Assembly (NCBI GenBank): GCA_963803435.1
Contig: CAWDML010000007.1
Location: 192,001 to 256,000, forward strand
DNA from: an uncultured delta proteobacterium
Lineage (GTDB): Bacteria; Myxococcota; Kuafuiibacteriia; Kuafuiibacteriales; Kuafuiibacteriaceae
Direction of reading: 5' to 3'
DNA length: 64,000 bases
This document shows, piece after piece, positions 28,443 to 36,970 of this stretch. The position numbers were made by a program, and so were the translations under genes. Numbering within the stretch: position 1 is the first letter of the stretch; each line of letters begins with the position of its first letter. Below the pieces are notes generated by a model. It made no database searches. It was not told the origin of the DNA and worked only from the letters and a program-made list of their open reading frames with translations.

Positions 28443-29456
28443 CTAGCGAACGCCCAGGATGAACGCCGGCGTGGCGGACATGATCAGCGCGATCGAGTAG
28501 GCGTCCCGGACGCTGCCGGAGAACGCGCACGACTCCGGGCTGGCCGGTTCCACCGGCGCGATGGGGAGCTGCTGCGGGCACCGCTCCACGCAGCCCTCGA
28601 AGCAAGCGCTCAGGTGGCCGGTGCGCGGATCGAACTCGAACGTCTCCAGCCCATCACCGTCCTCGTCCAGATCCGGCTCGATGCCGTGACTCACCAGGAA
28701 ATCGAGGAGCGAGGCCTCCTGGATCCGGCAGGACGAGTCGAGAGTGCCGCGGCAGAACGGGTTCGCGGCCGAGGCCAGCTCGGACGCCGGAACTGCACCC
28801 CCGAGCAGGATCACGAGGGTCCGGTCGAAGTCGGTGGCCCGCTCCATCTGGAACCTCGGGTGCGCCAGCGTGAGCAGGCGCGGGCCGGTGGAGAGCGGCA
28901 GCGTGAACGCCAGCATTCCGAGACCCGCATCCTTGACGACGCCTCCAGTGATCTTCCCGGGCGCTCGAAGACGTGCCTGCGCCGGATCGCCGATCGTCGA
29001 TCGCCGCTCGACGAAGAACCTGCAACACGACGGATCGCCGACCCGATAGTCGTCGTCGGGGAACGGCGGGTCGAGCCAGTCGCGTCCCTCGTACATCTTC
29101 ACCGTAACCTGGGCGTCGTCTTCGAGAAACGCGCCCTCGGCGCCGGCGAGCTCCAGCAAGGTCAATCCGTGGCCGCGCTCGTGCTGCAGCTGGATGTGCG
29201 CGTTGAGCAGACCGGCGAGCGCGCTCAGTCGATTGTCGACGCATGCGTGGCCGAGACAGCTCCCGTCGAGGTCGAAGCCGAGCAATCCGTCCGCGATCTG
29301 GATGGTCGAGACGGCGTAGACATACCCACGGCCGATCGGATCGTCCCAGCCGTCCCGATGATCGACCTGGGCGTCGTCGTCCGAAGTGCAGTCCCCACCC
29401 GAGCAGAGCGGCGTGCACGCCGAAACGAGCACGCCCGCGAGGATGGCCCTCAGCAC
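28443..29456 (-). CDS. Cys-rich hypothetical lipoprotein
   Basis: GTG start 7 nt after TACACT; LVSAC lipobox; GFDLDG...VDNRL and DLDEDGDG Ca-binding-like motifs. Confidence 0.6.
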   Translation of the reverse strand: MLRAILAGVLVSACTPLCSGGDCTSDDDAQVDHRDGWDDPIGRGYVYAVSTIQIADGLLGFDLDGSCLGHACVDNRLSALAGLLNAHIQLQHERGHGLTLLELAGAEGAFLEDDAQVTVKMYEGRDWLDPPFPDDDYRVGDPSCCRFFVERRSTIGDPAQARLRAPGKITGGVVKDAGLGMLAFTLPLSTGPRLLTLAHPRFQMERATDFDRTLVILLGGAVPASELASAANPFCRGTLDSSCRIQEASLLDFLVSHGIEPDLDEDGDGLETFEFDPRTGHLSACFEGCVERCPQQLPIAPVEPASPESCAFSGSVRDAYSIALIMSATPAFILGVR

Positions 29457-29511
29457 CCTCTCGAGTGTAGCAGCTTGCCTGCGGAAGCGATCCGCGGTTG
29501 AACCTCCTCCC

Positions 29512-30525
29512 ATGTCCGAGGCGATGGAAGCACAGGGCGCAGAAGGCACGATCGTCGAAGCTGCCGTGATCTCGGTGGCCAACGAGCAGGTGGTGGTCCA
29601 CCTCGGCGACGCGGGAGAGGGCGTGATCCCCCTCGAGGACTTCAAGCAGCGCCGGAGCGATCAGCCCCTGATCGAGGTGGGCGACAGCTTTCCGGTCTAC
29701 ATCGACTACAAGCCCGACGACGCGGATCGATTCGTGGCCTCGCGCGACAAGGCGATGCGGCTCTCCGCGCTGGACCGGGTCAAGAGCGCGTTCGATGCCA
29801 ACGAGACGATCGAGGGTGAGGTGGTCGCGACGGTCGACGGGGGCTTCAACGTGGACATCGGCCTCAAAGCGTTTCTCCCGGCCTCCCAGTTCGGGCTGCG
29901 GCCACTGCGCTCTCCGACGCAGATCCTCGGCCAGCGCTTTCAATTCAAGATCATCCGGTTCAACGAGAGCCGTCACAACATCGTGGTCTCCCGGCGCGTG
30001 CTGCTGGAGGCCGAGCGCGAGGCGATCCTGGACCGCATCCAGGTCGGTGCGATCATCGAGGGTCGAGTGAAGAGCCTGGTCGACTACGGGGCTTTCGTCG
30101 ACGTGGGAGGCATCGACGGCCTCTTGCACAACAGCGACATCTCGTGGGGCCGCGTCAAGCATCCTTCCGAGGTGGTCGCGGTCGGCGACCCCGTCACGGT
30201 CAAGGTGCTCAAGTTCGACAAGAAGAAGCGCAAGCTCTCGCTGGGGCTCCGTCAGATCCAGGAGGATCCGTGGCTGACGGCCGGCGATCGTTATCAGCTC
30301 GGCTCCGAGGTTCGCGGGATCGTGATCAGCAAGACCGACTACGGCGTGTTCATCGAGATCGAGCCGGGCGTCGAGGGGCTGGTGCACTCGACCGGACCGC
30401 TGGTCCCCGAGGCCGCCAAGGAGGCGCTGCGCCGGGTCAACCTGGGCGAGCGCATTCAGGCCAAGGTGGTCGACACCGACCTCCCGAAGAAGCGGATCTC
30501 GCTCTCGCTGATCCTCGAGGGCTGA
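29512..30525 (+). CDS. Short ribosomal protein S1 paralog (four S1 domains)
   Basis: AFLPASQ, NIVVSRR, YGAFVDVGGIDGLLHNSDISW and YGVFIEIEPGVEGLVH; 337 aa. Confidence 0.85.
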   Translation: MSEAMEAQGAEGTIVEAAVISVANEQVVVHLGDAGEGVIPLEDFKQRRSDQPLIEVGDSFPVYIDYKPDDADRFVASRDKAMRLSALDRVKSAFDANETIEGEVVATVDGGFNVDIGLKAFLPASQFGLRPLRSPTQILGQRFQFKIIRFNESRHNIVVSRRVLLEAEREAILDRIQVGAIIEGRVKSLVDYGAFVDVGGIDGLLHNSDISWGRVKHPSEVVAVGDPVTVKVLKFDKKKRKLSLGLRQIQEDPWLTAGDRYQLGSEVRGIVISKTDYGVFIEIEPGVEGLVHSTGPLVPEAAKEALRRVNLGERIQAKVVDTDLPKKRISLSLILEG

Positions 30526-30526
30526 G

Positions 30527-31042
30527 GTGGCCGAGCTCCCCGAGGGACTCGGCGCGTTCGACGCGGATGACCTGAGGTTCGTCGTCGACGACGGCTACTC
30601 GCTGGTGGCGCTCGACGACGCGATCGACGTGGACCAACAGGCCCTGGCCGAGCATGTTTCGGCGTCGGGCCGTGTTCCAGCGCGCGCGCCGATCGCTTCG
30701 TGGATCCTGGCACGGCTGGCGCACCTCGCCGGCGGCTCGCTGGCGATCGAGGAGGAGATCGTCGAGGTCTGTGAGGGCGGCCTCTACGTGATCGACTTCG
30801 TGATCCGCCAGCGGGGCGCTGCGATCGGCAAGGTGCAGCTCCAGGCGGGCCAGGGCGGCGCGGCGCTCCTGGGGATGGTGTCGCGGAGGGTCTCGCCCGA
30901 AGAGGTGGTGGCGCGCTTCATCTCTGCCCTGCTGGAGGCGCCCGACGAAGTGGCGGCCTGCCACGTCCGGGTGCGCGATCCCGCGTGGCCCGAGGATCGC
31001 GTCGCGGAGTACGGCTTCGACGGCGAGACGTTCCGAGGTTGA
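30527..31042 (+). CDS. Hypothetical protein
   Basis: 171-aa ORF directly after the S1 gene with typical codon bias. Confidence 0.55.
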   Translation: MAELPEGLGAFDADDLRFVVDDGYSLVALDDAIDVDQQALAEHVSASGRVPARAPIASWILARLAHLAGGSLAIEEEIVEVCEGGLYVIDFVIRQRGAAIGKVQLQAGQGGAALLGMVSRRVSPEEVVARFISALLEAPDEVAACHVRVRDPAWPEDRVAEYGFDGETFRG

Positions 31043-31046
31043 TCCG

Positions 31047-34000
31047 TCAGGGCACCGCCCGCACGCGCAGGTTCGTGCTCTCGCCCCGCGTCTCCGGATC
31101 GTAGTAGGCGTAGACCTGGGCGGCGCGCTGCGTGACGTCGCACTCGGCGCCTGCGATGAGCGCGTAGCGAAGCTCAATCGTCTCGTGCTTCGTCAGCTTG
31201 CTCAGATAGAGCTGGACGGCTGCACCCGTGGCCTCGAAGTGATCGATCCGGCCCGCGCTCACGAGCGCCGCCAGCGAGCGCTTGTCGGGCGCGAACCCGG
31301 GCGGGATCGGGACGATCGCCGTCGGCATCGGAACGTCCTGGTCCGTCGTGTTCTCCACTGTCAGGCGCACAGGAGCGGTCGCGCCGAACCGAACCGGGTC
31401 CGCGGGCACCGAGAGCTCGACCGACAAGCCCTGATGCACCGGCGTCGAGGCGTCGAGCGAGCGCCAGGACAGCCGGAGATCCGCGAGCACCGGGGCGCTT
31501 GCGATCGAGATCGCGTGCGCGCCCGCCGCCACCACCGGCAGATCGAGCGTCGGCACACCGACCGAGGACAGATCCACCGCGCCGATCGCGCGACCGTCCA
31601 TGGTCACCGCCGCCGCGCCTTCGTCCGAGGACTGGGCGGGTGACTCCACCGCCGCCCGCAGCGCCAGCACGGTCCCCTGCGGTGAGCCCCAGCCGTACCT
31701 CGGGGTTCGCGCGCTCCAGATCCACTTCAGCGCCTCGCCCGCGTCCTGGAAGGCGAGAGTCTCGCGGAGGAGCGGCACGGCCAACGCCGTCACCTGGACG
31801 TCGGCGGCCTGGCCCTTCACGTAGAACAGCGTCTCGTCGCCCGCACCGAACGCCAGACCGCCCTCCTCTTTCCGCTGGTGGGACCGCAGCTTCGCGAGGA
31901 GCGACGGGGATCGCGCGGCGGCCGCCCACAGCGCCAGCAGATAGGGACGCTTGGCAATCTCGGTCTCGTGCGCCGCCAAGAAGGCGAGAGCCCGATCGAT
32001 CTCCGGACCGCGGTAGTCCGACTCGACCAGCGCCCAGGTCACGTACGTGGTGATCGCGACCTCGCCCTGCACCGCGCTCCAGTCGTGGAGCCAGCTGGCG
32101 TCGGGCGCCCACGAACCGTCCTTGCGCTGCTTGGCCAGCAACCACGCGCGCGTTCGATCCACCATCTTCGCGTCGACCGGATAAACCTTGGCCATGTCCG
32201 CGAACTCGAGCAGGCCGTAAGCGGTGAGGGCCTGGTTGGCCGGAGTCTCTCCGAACCATGAGAAGCCGCCGCCCCGGACCTCGTACGCGATCAGGCGCTG
32301 GTAGCCGGTCGCGACCAGGTCGTACGCGCGCTCGCGGATCGCGACGTTCTTTTCGGTCTCCTTCAGCAAGCGCAGCACCATCAGGTTGGGATAGGTGGAG
32401 CTGCTGGTCTGCTCAAAGCAACCGTGAGGCTCGCTGAGGAGATCCTCGACGCCGTCCAGCGCTTGATCGACCGGGCTGCGGAACAGGCGCAGGCGCCCTT
32501 GGAAGCTCTCGACGTTCGCCGGCACGGTGAACGCCAGCTGCTTTGTCAATGCGACTTGCACCAGGCGACCCGGGCCGTCGACCTCGATCTGCCGTTTCAC
32601 GCGATCGACGACGCTCCCATCCTGACGCGAGAGCGCCAGCAGGACCGAGCCGGTACCGGCCGAGGCGGCGCGGAGCTCGAAGCGCGCCGCGGCGGTGGTC
32701 CCAGGCGGGAGCCGGACCGCGCGCTGCGACTCACCGATCAGCTCGACGGTGCCGCTCGCCTCGAGCGTGACGGCGAGCGTGAGCTCCTCCTCGGTGTGGT
32801 TGGCGGCGACCGCGGACAGCGTGTAGCGATCGCCGGTGGTCAGGCGGTGAGGAACCGCGGCGTCGACCGAGAGTGGGAGGAACGTCTCGAGGCGCTTCAT
32901 GCCGTGGCCCACTGCGCCGGTCGGACCGAGAGCGTCGACGTCGAGCTGCCAGCCGGTGACGGAGTCGGAGAAGGGGACGCGCAGGATCGCCCGGCCGTTC
33001 GCGTCGGTGTGAAGCCCGGCGGCCCAGAGGACCGTCTCGTCGAAGCGGCTGCGGATGGCGGCGGTCACTCGGACCGTCCCGGCCCGCGCCCGCCCGACCG
33101 CGCCGAACATGGCGCCTCCGCCGGAGCCGTAGCCGTAGGTCCCGAGGCCGCCGATCCCGCCGGACTCGAAGACGCCGGTGCGCACCAGGTCGTCGCCCGT
33201 CTCGAACCGTCCGTCCGCGCCGGCCGAGCGGACGCTGCCGCCGCCGCTCACGGACAGCCGGACGCCGCCGCCCCACGGATCCGTTGCCAAGTTCTTGCCG
33301 AGGTGTCCGGAGGCGATCATCCCCAGGATGCCGCTCTTCGCCGCCAGCGCTCGGTTGGCCTGCAGCGCGATGGCGAGCGCGTCGAGCCGGCGGTCCGCGA
33401 CCTGGCGCGCGATGGACGCGAACGACAACGTGCGATCCAGCGGATGGACGTAGCCCCACGAGAGCGGTCGCTTCCACGGCGTCTCGACCTGCTCGCCCTT
33501 CCAGCCCGCCTCCGCGAGCAGGGCGGCGAGGGATCGCTTGAAGCGCCAGCCGGCCGGAGTCTCGACGCCGATGGCGCCCTCGACGTCCACGAGCACTCCG
33601 ATGGCGGCCTCCCGCACCGCCGGCATGCGGCCGCGCTCGGACTGGCGGCGCTGAGCGGCTTCGATCTCGATCGACGGATCGAGATCTTCGGGCGGGAGCG
33701 ACTCGACGATCGCCCGGGCCGCGAGGCGCGCCTCGACCTGGTCGTGCGGGAGGAGGTCCGTGAACGCGACCCCGAGCAGAGGTGCGCGCTCCACGTCGAG
33801 CGAGCGGAGCAGCGATGCCAGATCCTTCTGCCGTTCTCCCAGCGAGAGCGACCGCTCGTCGACGACCGAGGCGAACAGGCCCACGTTGGCCGCCGGACGC
33901 CCAGCGCGATCCTTCACCGACGCGGTGAGCTCCGCGGTCTCCCCGGGACGGAATCGGGCGCGGCCGTCGATCGCGACGTCGAGCGGCGCCGGGATCAGGT

Positions 34001-35450
34001 ATACCGACGCGTTCGTTCTCCGGTCGATCGGCCGGTCGCGGGCGTCCGCTGGATTCCAGCCCACCTCGGCGGCCCGCACCGTCGCGAGCCCGAACACGCC
34101 CTCGGGTGCCGAGAGGCTCGCAGTGAAGTAGCCGCGCGCATCGGGGAGCGCGATCGCGGTGGCGAGCGGGATCCGGCCGCGCACCAGGGTCAGCACGACG
34201 GGGCCGTGCGCCCGCGCGAAACGGCCGAAGATTTCCATGGCCTCGCCCGCGCTCCAGACCGCCCGCACCGGACGGAGCCACGGACCGCCACGCCCGACGC
34301 GGAGGCGCTCCTCGGAGTGGGCGGTCCGGCCGTTCGCGGCGGTGGCAACGACGTGCAGCGTCGCCGGAGAGGAGGGCGTGATCGCGTAGCGGACCGCACC
34401 CAGCGACTCTCTTCGCGCAGCGCCGTGCACCTCGACACCGGTACCCCCGAGGTCGACGGTCGCGGGCGCGAGGTGGCCCCGACCGTCGGTGGTGACGATC
34501 GTGACGAACTGCGTGCGGCCCCCCGACAGCTCTCGACGCTCGGGCACGATCGCCACCGAGACGCCGTCGCCCGGCCGCGGCGGGCTCCACGAGGCGGACT
34601 CGGTGCGCTCGGCGCCGTCGGTCACCGCGACCTCGAGCTGTGCGTGCGTCCTCGGCGCGAGCGGGATCGAATAGCGGCCGAATGCGTCGAGGTGGCCCTT
34701 CTCCAGGGTGTGCCCGTCCGCGCGTATCTCCACGTCGCCCTGGACCGGCTCGCCGTACGGATACCGCGCGACCGCCTGGCCGGCGTCGTCGACGCGGACG
34801 AAGAAGGCCGGCAGCTCCACCTCGCGGACCGTCACCTCGCGCGAGACGGTCTCCGAGAACGCCGTCGCCTCGACGTGATAGGCGCCCAGGCGCAGGTCGT
34901 CGCCGAGCGCCAGCTTGCCCTCGCCGAACCCGGTCTCACCGACGTCGATCGCCCCGCGCCAGATCTCGGTCCCCATCGGCTCCTTCACTGCGACGGTGAC
35001 CTTCGTTCCGCCGAGCGGGTGAGCGTCCGGGCGATTGAGGAGCGCCACTCCGAACCGGATCGTCTCGCCCGGCCGATACACGCTCCGGTCGGTGCGGAGC
35101 GACAGCACCAGGCTCCGCACCACCTTGACGGTCCGCTGGATCCGATCCGAGCCATGCTCGGACCGGGTCTCGATGGTGAGCGAGTAGCTCCCCGGATCGA
35201 GCGCAGGGACCTGAAACAAGAGTGGCGCGTTGCCCTCCGCGTCCGTCGACGCCCTCGCCACCTCCCGATCCGCGATCGAGAGGACCACGCTCGCCCCCAG
35301 CACCGGCTCGCTCTCCGTCAGCGAACGGGCCCCTCGAACCGACACGAACGCGACGCTCTGCGTCCGCGCCACCATCTGCGTGTCGAACAGCACATCCGTG
35401 TCGTGCAGGAGGAGCGGCGAGGCGATCAGCGCGAGGACGATGGCATACAC
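31047..35450 (-). CDS. Alpha-2-macroglobulin family protein (MG2 domains, thioester)
   Basis: TDRSVYRPGE, RSRFDETVLW, DSVTGW, thioester PHGCFEQ, GGFSWFG and C-terminal YAYYDPE. Confidence 0.88.
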   Translation of the reverse strand: MYAIVLALIASPLLLHDTDVLFDTQMVARTQSVAFVSVRGARSLTESEPVLGASVVLSIADREVARASTDAEGNAPLLFQVPALDPGSYSLTIETRSEHGSDRIQRTVKVVRSLVLSLRTDRSVYRPGETIRFGVALLNRPDAHPLGGTKVTVAVKEPMGTEIWRGAIDVGETGFGEGKLALGDDLRLGAYHVEATAFSETVSREVTVREVELPAFFVRVDDAGQAVARYPYGEPVQGDVEIRADGHTLEKGHLDAFGRYSIPLAPRTHAQLEVAVTDGAERTESASWSPPRPGDGVSVAIVPERRELSGGRTQFVTIVTTDGRGHLAPATVDLGGTGVEVHGAARRESLGAVRYAITPSSPATLHVVATAANGRTAHSEERLRVGRGGPWLRPVRAVWSAGEAMEIFGRFARAHGPVVLTLVRGRIPLATAIALPDARGYFTASLSAPEGVFGLATVRAAEVGWNPADARDRPIDRRTNASVYLIPAPLDVAIDGRARFRPGETAELTASVKDRAGRPAANVGLFASVVDERSLSLGERQKDLASLLRSLDVERAPLLGVAFTDLLPHDQVEARLAARAIVESLPPEDLDPSIEIEAAQRRQSERGRMPAVREAAIGVLVDVEGAIGVETPAGWRFKRSLAALLAEAGWKGEQVETPWKRPLSWGYVHPLDRTLSFASIARQVADRRLDALAIALQANRALAAKSGILGMIASGHLGKNLATDPWGGGVRLSVSGGGSVRSAGADGRFETGDDLVRTGVFESGGIGGLGTYGYGSGGGAMFGAVGRARAGTVRVTAAIRSRFDETVLWAAGLHTDANGRAILRVPFSDSVTGWQLDVDALGPTGAVGHGMKRLETFLPLSVDAAVPHRLTTGDRYTLSAVAANHTEEELTLAVTLEASGTVELIGESQRAVRLPPGTTAAARFELRAASAGTGSVLLALSRQDGSVVDRVKRQIEVDGPGRLVQVALTKQLAFTVPANVESFQGRLRLFRSPVDQALDGVEDLLSEPHGCFEQTSSSTYPNLMVLRLLKETEKNVAIRERAYDLVATGYQRLIAYEVRGGGFSWFGETPANQALTAYGLLEFADMAKVYPVDAKMVDRTRAWLLAKQRKDGSWAPDASWLHDWSAVQGEVAITTYVTWALVESDYRGPEIDRALAFLAAHETEIAKRPYLLALWAAAARSPSLLAKLRSHQRKEEGGLAFGAGDETLFYVKGQAADVQVTALAVPLLRETLAFQDAGEALKWIWSARTPRYGWGSPQGTVLALRAAVESPAQSSDEGAAAVTMDGRAIGAVDLSSVGVPTLDLPVVAAGAHAISIASAPVLADLRLSWRSLDASTPVHQGLSVELSVPADPVRFGATAPVRLTVENTTDQDVPMPTAIVPIPPGFAPDKRSLAALVSAGRIDHFEATGAAVQLYLSKLTKHETIELRYALIAGAECDVTQRAAQVYAYYDPETRGESTNLRVRAVP

Positions 35451-35524
35451 GACTCATCGACCACGCGACCGTGTCCTCGGTTCCCCTCTTGTTCCCGGCG
35501 CTCACCGCCGCGTATGCTTCTCGC

Positions 35525-36745
35525 GTGAATCGCTTCACCGAACCCATCTGACTCCGGTTCCTCCGACTCCTCCTGTTCGCCGGTCTCCTCGACGAGCTCG
35601 CGGCGGGTGTGCCGGTCGTCGGCGCGCCGGAGGTTCGAAGCACGTTCGGTCTCGGCTATGCCGTGACCTCGTTGATCTTGTTCGTGCTCCCCGAGCTGTT
35701 CGGGTTCCTGCTCGAGCCGCCGCTGTTCATCCTCTCCGACAAGATCGGCCGCCGCCGGCTGGTGCCGCTCGGGCTGGTGTTTCTGGGCGTCTGCTTCGCG
35801 ACGGCGGGCCTGGCGAACAACGCGATCGTCTTCTCGATCGCGATGGTCCTGATCTATCCAGCCAGCGGCGTGGGCATCGGCTTGTCGCAGGTATCCCTGA
35901 TCGAGGCGTACCCGCGCCAGCGCGAGCGGGTGATGGCCCGGTGGACGATGATGGGCGCGATCGGCGACGTCGGCTCGCCGCTCCTCCTCGCGGCGATCGC
36001 CGCGGTCGGCGGCAGCTGGCGCGTCGGGTTCGTCTTCATCGGCGTCGTCCTGGTGCTGCACGGTTTCCTGGTCTCGCGTGCTCGATGGCGCGAACGCACG
36101 CCCGTGAAAGACGAGGCGGAGGAGCCCGGCTTCTTCAGGATGGCCGCAGAAGGGCTCCGAAATCGGCGGCTCTGGGTGTGGGCCACGGGCGTCGCACTCT
36201 GCGCGCTGCTCGACGAGATCCTGGTCGCGTTCGCCGCGATGTATCTCACCGACGACCTCCACGCGACGCACGTCCAGGTCGACATCGTGATCGCTTCGTT
36301 CGGTCTCGGCTCGATCGTCGGGCTCTCCATCCTCGATCGCCTGCTGCCGCGCGCCTCATCGCAGCGGCTGCTCACCGGCGCATGCCTGGGGACCATCGCG
36401 ACCTATCTCGCGTGGCTGTGGTCGCCGCAGATCCCGGTGTCGATCGCCTGCATGTTTCTGGTGGGAGTCTTCGCCTCGCCGCTGTATCCGATCGCGGCCG
36501 GCCGCGCCTACGAGGCCGCGCCGAGCCGAGCCGGTACCGCCGCCGCGATCATGCAGCTCTTCGCGCCGGTCACGCTGGCCTGGCCCTTGATCCTGGGACG
36601 CATCGCCGATCAGCTGGGCCTCAGGATCGCGCTCGCCCTGCTCCTCCTGCAGCCGATCGGCGTCTTGCTGATCGCCCTCTTCACTGCCCGGGCACCTCGG
36701 TCAGAAAGAAGATCCCGAACAACATCAGAGCCGCCAGCACGATGA
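35525..36745 (+). CDS. MFS transporter (in-frame TGA at 35549 if the GTG 35525 start is used)
   Basis: About 12 hydrophobic segments with SDKIGRRR and GRIADQLG MFS motifs. Confidence 0.8.
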
Positions 36746-36863
36746 CGACGATCAACACGCTACGCGAAGAGTCGCCCGCCTTACGATCGAAGCCGGTGAT
36801 CGAGTCCTCCTTGATCTCGGACTGAGGGACGGGTTCCGACCTCGGTTCCTTCGAATCGCTCAT
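36681..36863 (-). CDS. Small single-TM protein (60 aa)
   Basis: MSDSKEPRSEP...VLIVVIVLAALMLFGIFFL. Overlaps the MFS 3' end. Confidence 0.45.
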   Translation of the reverse strand: MSDSKEPRSEPVPQSEIKEDSITGFDRKAGDSSRSVLIVVIVLAALMLFGIFFLTEVPGQ

Positions 36864-36970
36864 GAGAGCCCATCTCGCGCCGATCCGGGACGTCGGGCAA
36901 GGCCACGAGGTGGGTCCATTCCAAAGTGAGCTGTTTTGCTTCGCGCGAGCACCTATACTTCGTGCGCCCC

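Larger units (their letters stand above)
27192..28446. mobile_element. IS1182-derived non-autonomous element carrying a four-helix-bundle gene
   Basis: CTAG at 27192-27195 and 28443-28446; imperfect inverted repeats 27196-27260 and 28377-28442 starting GAGCGTGTAGCGCGTA; lower GC interior. Confidence 0.8.

Noticed and set aside
35549-35551. Selenocysteine codon
   Set aside because: The position is in the N-terminal tail of an MFS transporter with no redox motif, and I could not identify a SECIS element.
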